A stretch of DNA of 64,000 nt, taken from the NCBI GenBank assembly GCA_965277285.1, contig OZ255721.1, positions 1,472,001-1,536,000 on the forward strand, read 5' to 3'. The notes beneath the pieces are model-generated. The model searched no databases and had not been told where the DNA came from. It was given only the letters and a program-made list of their open reading frames with translations. Of the stretch, positions 57,237 to 64,000 are shown piece after piece. Origin of the DNA: Abditibacteriaceae bacterium (lineage in GTDB: Bacteria > Armatimonadota > Abditibacteriia > Abditibacteriales > Abditibacteriaceae). Position 1 is the first letter of the stretch; the number at the start of each line of letters is the position of its first letter. Position numbers and translations under genes: made by a program.

Positions 57237-57752
57237 GGATGATGTCCTTCAGGCCGAGTGAAAAGTGTTGAGTTTCAACTCATTGAGTTTCAACCTTCGG
57301 CGAAGCATTGGAAAGTTTACGTTGTTAGGGATTTTTCTGCTGTGCGCTGCACGACTTCATAAACGTACGCCTTCGCGCAGGACGTCGTACGTTTTCTCGA
57401 TCACTCACTCTAATATAACGCGTCGGGGCGCGCGTTTCCACGATGATTCCAGACGCGTCGCGCGCCCGTCTTCGTCCTCATTTGCCAATTCCTGTGCGAG
57501 ATCGTCTTATCCTGTTGTTAATTACGCGTATCGAGTACTCGATTGCCGGTTTATACGTTGTAGCGCGACATTTTGAACGCGTTTCTTCGTTAGGTTTAGG
57601 CTTCCCGTTCGCACATTTTTGAGCGTGGCACTTCTTTGTTAAACCAAAGATAACACGCGCCAATGATATACTGCGAGCACCGCCATTTTATTTATTCATA
57701 ATCGCTTAGCGTCGCACCCTTTATGCGACCGCCAGCGAGACAGGAGAGAAGT

Positions 57753-58742
57753 ATGAGCCAGATGGTTCAAGATTCGGAAGTGTCCAGTGTTCGCGCGCCG
57801 CGCGCGGCAGGCGACATCATTTTGCAAACGCGCGAACTGAGCAAAACGTATCGCCCAATGTTCGCGCGCAGCGGCAAAGTCGCGCTGGAAAACCTGACCA
57901 TTGACGTGCGTCAGGGCGAGATTTTCGGGCTGGTCGGCCCCAACGGAAGCGGCAAAACCACGACTTTGAAATTGTTGTTGGGTTTGCTCAAAGCGACCAG
58001 CGGCACGGTCGAAATCTTCGGTCGCGGGCCGCATGACGTGGCCGTCAAAAAGCGCATCGGTTTTTTGCCGGACGGCCCGTATTTTTACGATTACCTCAAT
58101 TCGTATGAAGTACTCGATTTTTACGGCAAGTTGTTTGGCTTCGACAAAGCGCATCGCGGCTCACGCAACGAAGAACTGCTCGACATGGTCGGTCTCAATC
58201 CCGCGGACCGCAAGCGCCCAATTCGCACTTATTCCAAAGGCATGATGCAGCGCGTCGGTTTGGCGCAAGCGCTGATCAACGACCCCGAGTTTTTGTTCTT
58301 GGATGAACCAACAACGGGTCTCGATCCAATCGGCGCGCGCCAGATGAAAGACGCCATTATCAACGTGCGCAATCAGGGTAAAACCGTGTTGTTGTGCTCG
58401 CACTTGCTGGCCGACGTGCAAGCGATCTGCGACCGCGTGGCGATTGTTTCCGAAGGCAAACTGGTCAAGTTGGGAACTGTTCCCGAACTGGTCGGCCCCA
58501 GCCAGAGTTTTCAGGTTTACGTTTCGGGCCTGGACGCCGACGCATTGAAAGAAGCGCGCGCGCAAGGCATCAGCGTGCAGGAAAACGAAGGCCATATCAT
58601 GTTGGGCGCCGACAGTTCGGACGGTTTGGATCGCATTTTCAGTTTTGTGCGCAGCAAAGGCGGGCGCACGCTGGACGTGAAAGGCCACAGCGAAACCCTC
58701 GAAGATGTCTTCGTGCGCAGCGTGCGCAGCGATGGACGTTAA
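57753..58742 (+). CDS. ABC transporter ATP-binding protein
   Basis: GPNGSGKTT, YSKGM, FLDEP. Confidence 0.9.
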   Translation: MSQMVQDSEVSSVRAPRAAGDIILQTRELSKTYRPMFARSGKVALENLTIDVRQGEIFGLVGPNGSGKTTTLKLLLGLLKATSGTVEIFGRGPHDVAVKKRIGFLPDGPYFYDYLNSYEVLDFYGKLFGFDKAHRGSRNEELLDMVGLNPADRKRPIRTYSKGMMQRVGLAQALINDPEFLFLDEPTTGLDPIGARQMKDAIINVRNQGKTVLLCSHLLADVQAICDRVAIVSEGKLVKLGTVPELVGPSQSFQVYVSGLDADALKEARAQGISVQENEGHIMLGADSSDGLDRIFSFVRSKGGRTLDVKGHSETLEDVFVRSVRSDGR

Positions 58743-58817
58743 ACGCAAATGATGAATACGGAATATCGAGTACTCGAAGTTGAGGCTGTGTCGTTCGAGT
58801 TCGCTGTTTCCTTCCGC

Positions 58818-58856
58818 ATTCCGTATTCCGTATTCCGTATTCCGTATTCCGTATTC
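58818..58856. repeat. (ATTCCGT)n heptamer tandem repeat
   Basis: About 5.5 units; complementary GAATACGGAAT at 58754-58764. Confidence 0.7.
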
Positions 58857-58879
58857 AATTTCTGGAGCCATAAAAAAGT

Positions 58880-59977
58880 ATGAGTGCAACACCTAATGTT
58901 ATGAGCCGCAACACACCGGCGGCTTCTCCGCGAGATGAAAGCATCGTGATTCCAACGCGTTGGCGCATCGGCCAAATCGTCGTCATCGCGCTGATTGCTC
59001 TGGTCGCGCTTTATTACGGCACGATTGGCTGGCAGAGTTCGGTTCCTACGAAAAGTGCCGCTGATTCGCGGCCTGCCTTCGATTTTGTCGGTTTCGCAAT
59101 TCTGGCGGCGGTGGCCTGGATGACGACGCCAACTGTCGGCGTCATTGCAATGGCGACGTTCCGTGAAGCCTTGCGCCGCCGCTGGATGACGGTTTTGCTG
59201 GTCTTTGGCATCGTCATGGTCGGGCTTTCGGTGTTTTTCACCAGCCTGTCGCCGGGCACCGAAGGGCAATTTATCCGCGACTTTGGCACCGGCTTCATCA
59301 TCATTATGACGACGCTGATGGCGATTTTCTTGGGCGTGTCGCTGGTGCCGCCCGACATCGAGCGCCGCACGATTTTCACAATTTTGTCGAAACCGGTCAA
59401 TCGCGCCGAATTTCTGTTGGGCAAATATCTTGGCTTGTGCTTGACGCTGTTGGTCAATTTGGCTTTGCTGAGCGTTATTTTCCTGATCGCTTACACGTTG
59501 TTTGAACTCAGGCACCGAGGTTACGCAATCGCGATGACGCCGATTCAAAATGGCGATCAAGGTTTGGCTTTCAACCTGGTCAACCTGAGCAAGGCGATGG
59601 CGCTGCAATATGGACAGCTCATCATTCTGGCGTCGCTTTCGATGCTGTTATCGCTGGTTGTCTCAAACATGACGGCGATTGTGTTTTGCTTCGTGGTTTA
59701 TTTCGGCGGCCAAATGAGCGCTTATTGGGAGCATTTGGGCGAACACGCCGGACGCCGCGCTGACCCCAATGGCCAGATGTCGCCAATGATGCAGAACTTG
59801 GTCAAGATGGTTTATTTTGTGCTGCCGCGCCTGGATCGCTTCGATGTGCGCTCGCGCTTGATCGGTCAATTGCCGGTCGAGTTCAACTATATGTGGAAAT
59901 CGTTCGGCTCGGGCATCGTTTATTCGGCGGTGCTGCTCATCGTTTCCTACCTGATTTTCAGCGAGCGCGAATTTTAA
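58880..59977 (+). CDS. ABC-2 type permease
   Basis: IAMATFREALRRR, DIERRTIFTILSKPVNRAEFLLGKYLG, multiple TM segments. Confidence 0.85.
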   Translation: MSATPNVMSRNTPAASPRDESIVIPTRWRIGQIVVIALIALVALYYGTIGWQSSVPTKSAADSRPAFDFVGFAILAAVAWMTTPTVGVIAMATFREALRRRWMTVLLVFGIVMVGLSVFFTSLSPGTEGQFIRDFGTGFIIIMTTLMAIFLGVSLVPPDIERRTIFTILSKPVNRAEFLLGKYLGLCLTLLVNLALLSVIFLIAYTLFELRHRGYAIAMTPIQNGDQGLAFNLVNLSKAMALQYGQLIILASLSMLLSLVVSNMTAIVFCFVVYFGGQMSAYWEHLGEHAGRRADPNGQMSPMMQNLVKMVYFVLPRLDRFDVRSRLIGQLPVEFNYMWKSFGSGIVYSAVLLIVSYLIFSEREF

Positions 59978-60006
59978 GCGCGCTTTTCCCGCAAGGAGTA
60001 CTCGAT

Positions 60007-61578
60007 ATGGACGGAAAAAAGTGGGGGAGCGCGTCGCTACTGGCGGTTTTTCTCCTGATTTGTTACAACGGTGCGCAACCTGGGCTGTATGCGATGCGCA
60101 CCAACCCTGAAATTATCCCGGGCACCAAAGCGAAAACTGCGGCTTATGGCCCGTCGATGGCGTGGCTCGACCGCGTGATGAACGGCGGCTCCGGCAGTGC
60201 GACGCACCGCAGCGAGACGAAGCTCGATTTGAAGATTTTGTCGTCGATGATGGTCGCCGGCATGGCCTCGGGTTTTCGCAGCCAAGTCGCCAACTTGTTG
60301 TGGATGCAATACGACGAGTACTCGGATAAAGGCGAATCGCAGCGCGTCATTCCGATTATGGAAGCCGTCGTGACTCTTGATCCTCAGTTTATTGACGCCT
60401 GGAGCACGACAGGCTGGCACTGGGCTTACAACTTGTATGCGGATGCGGCGGATCCTACGGTTCATCCTGAAATGGCCAACGATCCTAAGAAAGTCCGCGC
60501 TCAACAAGACAAGTGCCTGGATATCGGCTTGGAATATCTGGCGCGTGGCGCGGCGGCTAATCCCGATACGTATCGCTTGTGGTTTGAAAACGGCTACACA
60601 CGCGCTTACAAAGCTGGTATCGACGACGAAGAAACCGTGCGCTTGATGCGCATCGGGCGCGAACAAGCGGATGCGCGCGTAGTTCAATTGGAAAATAACA
60701 AGACAGGACGCAGCATCGATACCATCGGCCACATGATCGGGCACGTTTACGAAGATCGTCCCGATTTCACCAAAGCATTGCAAGCGTGGCAGGACACGCT
60801 GCTGGTGGATGACACCAGCAAAATGCCCGTAGATCAGCAAATTCATCCGTCCGATATTCCAATGCTTTATGCGGCGGGAGAATACTGGGGACGCTATGGC
60901 ACGCACTATGACGAGATCGTGAAATTTTATAATTCATCCGATCCCGCCGTCAAAGCGCAAATCAAAAAGTTAATCCCCGATGTCGAGCGAATGTGCGCGG
61001 CGCACGCGGTTCGTATGCGCACTTCGGCCACCCAGCCAACACCGACCGGCGCTTACATTTCGTTGGTGGCGCGCTACCTGCCAGCCTGGAAGTTGTATCA
61101 GGCCGGCAAGACCGAAGAAGCTCTGACTACCATGTTGGGTGTGATGAACGTTGGTATGAATCCGGTGGGAGTCAAGTATCACCTGCAAGGTTTGCCAATT
61201 TTGGCGCAAGTTTTAGCGATGCGCGGTGACAGTCCGGCGAATATTCAAAAGATGGTGGCCGATTCGATTATGACGGAGCAACTAACTACGCAGGAAATTG
61301 GCTTGCATTTCTTGGCGGTGCTCTACGAAAAAGCCGCCACTGAAACCACAGGCGAGAAATCGAAAGGTTATTACCGCCTGGCGTATGAAACATGGTATCG
61401 TGCACGCGCCCGCAACGCTCTCGATTTTTACGCCAAAACCAACACTTACCGGCTGGAAGACAAGTTCGGATTCCAGGCGCCACAAGAAATCATCGCCAAT
61501 ATCAAGAAGTCGCGCGAGCATGGTCTGCCGCAAAGCAATGCTGTGGCGCCGCCGCCGTCTCTGGTCGCGCCGCAGTAA
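60007..61578 (+). CDS. Helical/TPR-like hypothetical protein in the ABC operon
   Basis: AAGGAG RBS; GFRSQVANLLWMQ...VVTLDPQFIDAW..GWHWAYN. Confidence 0.65.
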   Translation: MDGKKWGSASLLAVFLLICYNGAQPGLYAMRTNPEIIPGTKAKTAAYGPSMAWLDRVMNGGSGSATHRSETKLDLKILSSMMVAGMASGFRSQVANLLWMQYDEYSDKGESQRVIPIMEAVVTLDPQFIDAWSTTGWHWAYNLYADAADPTVHPEMANDPKKVRAQQDKCLDIGLEYLARGAAANPDTYRLWFENGYTRAYKAGIDDEETVRLMRIGREQADARVVQLENNKTGRSIDTIGHMIGHVYEDRPDFTKALQAWQDTLLVDDTSKMPVDQQIHPSDIPMLYAAGEYWGRYGTHYDEIVKFYNSSDPAVKAQIKKLIPDVERMCAAHAVRMRTSATQPTPTGAYISLVARYLPAWKLYQAGKTEEALTTMLGVMNVGMNPVGVKYHLQGLPILAQVLAMRGDSPANIQKMVADSIMTEQLTTQEIGLHFLAVLYEKAATETTGEKSKGYYRLAYETWYRARARNALDFYAKTNTYRLEDKFGFQAPQEIIANIKKSREHGLPQSNAVAPPPSLVAPQ

Positions 61579-61745
61579 GAAAACAACAAACCTCGCACTT
61601 TTCGCGCGCAACAGAGGAAGTCCGTTGAAGGCTGCGTTGCGCGCGAAAACAAGGTCTGGCAGGAAATGAGAAGCGGGATGAAGTTGCAAGGTTTTTCGCC
61701 GTTCTGCTACACTGGGCGGGTCTGCATGGGAGAAAGGAAAAAGTC

Positions 61746-61979
61746 ATGGCAAATCGTTGTGCATTAACGGGCAAAGGCCCTTTGACAGGAAATTTGGTTT
61801 CGCATTCGCAGCGCCACACCAAGCGCCGCCAAATGCCGAACCTGCAAACCAAGCGCGTCTGGGTGCCCGAAGAAAATCGTTTCATCAAAATGAAGATCTC
61901 GGCGCGCGCCATCAAAGCCATCACGCGCAACGGCGCTTCGGCCACCATCGCCAAAGCCCGTAAGAAAATGGCGGCGTGA
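61746..61979 (+). CDS. rpmB: 50S ribosomal protein L28
   Basis: CALTGKGPLTGNLVSHSQRHTKRRQMPNLQ; lacks the full Zn-ribbon cysteine set. Confidence 0.95.
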   Translation: MANRCALTGKGPLTGNLVSHSQRHTKRRQMPNLQTKRVWVPEENRFIKMKISARAIKAITRNGASATIAKARKKMAA

Positions 61980-62009
61980 CGTTCTCAACACCACATCGAG
62001 TACTCGATA

Positions 62010-62055
62010 AACCAGCAAAAGGCCGGAGCGATAATGCTCCGGCCTTTTGCTGGTT
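62010..62055. terminator. Bidirectional terminator
   Basis: AACCAGCAAAAGGCCGGAGC-gataat-GCTCCGGCCTTTTGCTGGTT. Confidence 0.8.
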
Positions 62056-62113
62056 CAAATGAAGAATTTAAGACAGCGACAAGGTTGCAGTCACTTTACC
62101 CGCGAATCCCGCT

Positions 62114-63880
62114 CTACTGCATTTTCCATTTGGCGCTTGCCCACGCAGAGTTGATTGAAGTGCACTGAAGCGCGCCAGTCTCGTTGTTTATGTACTGCCC
62201 GTTGCTCCGGTTCTTGAGCCGATAGTACGTTCCCGTTCCATCCACCGATTCGCGCGACCACATAGCGCTCCACCAGGAATTATCAATAGCGCTGCATTGA
62301 AGAGGATCGTTCTGATTGTTCAAGTATTGTCCTGTCCAGCGATTCTGTATCCGATAGTAAACACCAGCGCTATCGACTGGCTGAAAAAGCCATTGGCCGC
62401 TATAATAGCTGGAGGGCACGCTCGTAGACTGAAAGCCACTTTGCGTGTTGATGTCCGTGCCATCCCACTGATTAATAATCTGCATATAGAACGGCCTTTG
62501 AAAAACGGCGAAGTCCTTTGCTTGCAGGGAAAAGTTGGAGGGGACGGTATGTGCCTGACCATTAGGTGCACCAGTCGGCGTCAATTCAGTCCAAGGTAAA
62601 CCTGAAGAGATGTTGATGGTGCCGCTTACTGCACTGTTGGAAAGGTTGATCTCGACCACGAACTCTTCGCCGTTGGCCGCGCGGTAATAAGTCAGTACCT
62701 GCCCGGAAGCCGAGTTGCTGAGCCATGTCATGTAGCCTTGCGCGAAAGCGTAATGGTTCGCCCGAAGCGCAATCAGTTGCTGGTAAAAGGGCGTAAAGGT
62801 CGATAGACCACTCCAGTTAATCTGGACATGTGAGTTGAATCCTCCTGCATTGTTCATCGCTTCCATGCCGTTGTACAGCAAGGGAACCCCATTGATGGTG
62901 TAGTTGAAAACTGCTGCCGCTTTGGCTCCCGCGAGACCGAGCACATTGACGTCGCGCTCTTTATCCCAGTCATCTTGTATATTCATGTGCAGCGCGCCCG
63001 CCGGAAAGTTGTTGAATTCGCTTTGCCAGGTTGGCTGCACGTTGTTGGTGTTGTTATTTTGGATGGCCGGAATCAAGGCGTTCGACAGGTTCCAGCCGTA
63101 ATCCAATTCAAACGGCGTGGTGGCCAGAGCAGGGTCATCGCACTCGCCCAACATAAGAATGTCAGACTTCTTCGACTCCAGAGCCCCACGGAGGTTGTTC
63201 CAGTAGGCTGCAGGGATATACCGATTGTTGCCATAAGGCATATCGGCAGTATCGAAACGGAAGCCATCGACGTTGTAGGTGGTGATCCACCATTGCAACA
63301 TGCTGGTCATATAAGATTGCAAGGCAGCGCTCGAGTAGTTGAGCTGTGCAACATCGTTCCATGCGGTGGCCGGATATCCGCCGGGAGCAATCGAGCTGAC
63401 GTTCATGGCATTTCCATCAGTGTGGATATACCAGTCAGGATGTTGTGTGATCAACGCATTGTCCCAGGATGTGTGATTCAAAACCTCATCCAGAATCACC
63501 TTCATTCCAAAACCGTGCGCCGTGTTAATCAGATTGGTCAGGTCGGAGCCCGAACCGTAGTTGGAATTGATTCCATAGTAGGCACGGACGCTGTAAGGGC
63601 TGTTGTAGTTGGGGTGTCCAGCGTTCCCCGCCGCGCGTGGAGCCACAGGCATCAGCCATATCACGTTCACACCCAGAGACTGCAATCGTGACAACTGAGA
63701 AGTCACACCAGCAAAGTTGCCGCCCGAAGAAAATATCTCGGGGTTGGCACAGTAGATTACGGCTCCATTGACCCAAGAAGGCTGTTGTGCCCGCGCGGTT
63801 CTAGGTCGCATTCCAATTACTGACAGCACTACGAACACGGCAATTGCTGCTTTCACCAAGCATTGTATACGGTACTTCAT
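62114..63880 (-). CDS. Secreted GH13 alpha-amylase family protein with C-terminal ricin-like domain
   Basis: LGVNVIWLMP, DEVLNHT, DGFRFDTA, LGE; C-terminal QW/YRIQNRWTGQYLN repeats; AGGAG before ATG 63880. Confidence 0.85.
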   Translation of the reverse strand: MKYRIQCLVKAAIAVFVVLSVIGMRPRTARAQQPSWVNGAVIYCANPEIFSSGGNFAGVTSQLSRLQSLGVNVIWLMPVAPRAAGNAGHPNYNSPYSVRAYYGINSNYGSGSDLTNLINTAHGFGMKVILDEVLNHTSWDNALITQHPDWYIHTDGNAMNVSSIAPGGYPATAWNDVAQLNYSSAALQSYMTSMLQWWITTYNVDGFRFDTADMPYGNNRYIPAAYWNNLRGALESKKSDILMLGECDDPALATTPFELDYGWNLSNALIPAIQNNNTNNVQPTWQSEFNNFPAGALHMNIQDDWDKERDVNVLGLAGAKAAAVFNYTINGVPLLYNGMEAMNNAGGFNSHVQINWSGLSTFTPFYQQLIALRANHYAFAQGYMTWLSNSASGQVLTYYRAANGEEFVVEINLSNSAVSGTINISSGLPWTELTPTGAPNGQAHTVPSNFSLQAKDFAVFQRPFYMQIINQWDGTDINTQSGFQSTSVPSSYYSGQWLFQPVDSAGVYYRIQNRWTGQYLNNQNDPLQCSAIDNSWWSAMWSRESVDGTGTYYRLKNRSNGQYINNETGALQCTSINSAWASAKWKMQ

Positions 63881-64000
63881 GATCGCTCCTTGATTGTCGA
63901 AAATCGTCGATTTTACAAATCTGCGGTGCGGTTTTAAAGAGCCGTCGTAAGTTGGGCTAACTTGATGCTGCTTAATTTTCATGGAATCCAACTATGACTG

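Larger units (their letters stand above)
1128..62007. repeat. Dispersed highly iterated palindrome TCGAGTACTCGA (39 perfect copies by eye)
   Basis: Starts at 1128, 1345, 4049, 5410, 8446, 11520, 13116, 13496, 14849, 16078, 16671, 17437, 21318, 22035, 25777, 28848, 30646, 31181, 32163, 34850, 35352, 35807, 35911, 40817, 42168, 42558, 43412, 45237, 47584, 48614, 49248, 50597, 51615, 54076, 54326, 57014, 57531, 58766, 61996. Confidence 0.95.

Noticed and set aside
1128..62007. The 12-mer as a CRISPR repeat or integron attC array
   Set aside because: It is too short, irregularly spaced and present inside core genes. No cas or integrase gene is present and copies share no flanking structure.

Overview
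Bacterial chromosomal segment of moderately high GC. Gene content is compatible with Armatimonadota/Abditibacterium-like lineages, but this is an unverified inference. In order it holds: four paralogous secreted Ig-repeat proteins (two propeller-like, two S8/S53-like proteases) around a LuxR-type regulator; an IS5-family element; a housekeeping block ending in an intein-containing uvrB; an ECF sigma factor; a GH2-GH53 fusion with a divergent LacI regulator; a decayed island at tRNA-Asp and two tRNA-Val genes; a NarL-type two-component pair; ppdK followed by an AT-rich ATPase+PIN gene pair; cysS; a sigma factor with a degenerate GGDEF-like tail; SPL-like and UDG repair genes; aceE-aceF-lpdA; an ABC module; rpmB; and a GH13-ricin protein. 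The strongest unexplained signal is the 12-bp palindrome TCGAGTACTCGA. I counted 39 perfect copies by eye (about 0.004 expected by chance) plus roughly 20 near-matches. It occupies most intergenic gaps, is written into protein-coding sequence, and is missing from apparently foreign DNA, so it is a candidate new highly iterated palindrome (HIP-like) system. All calls are by eye; no database searches were run.
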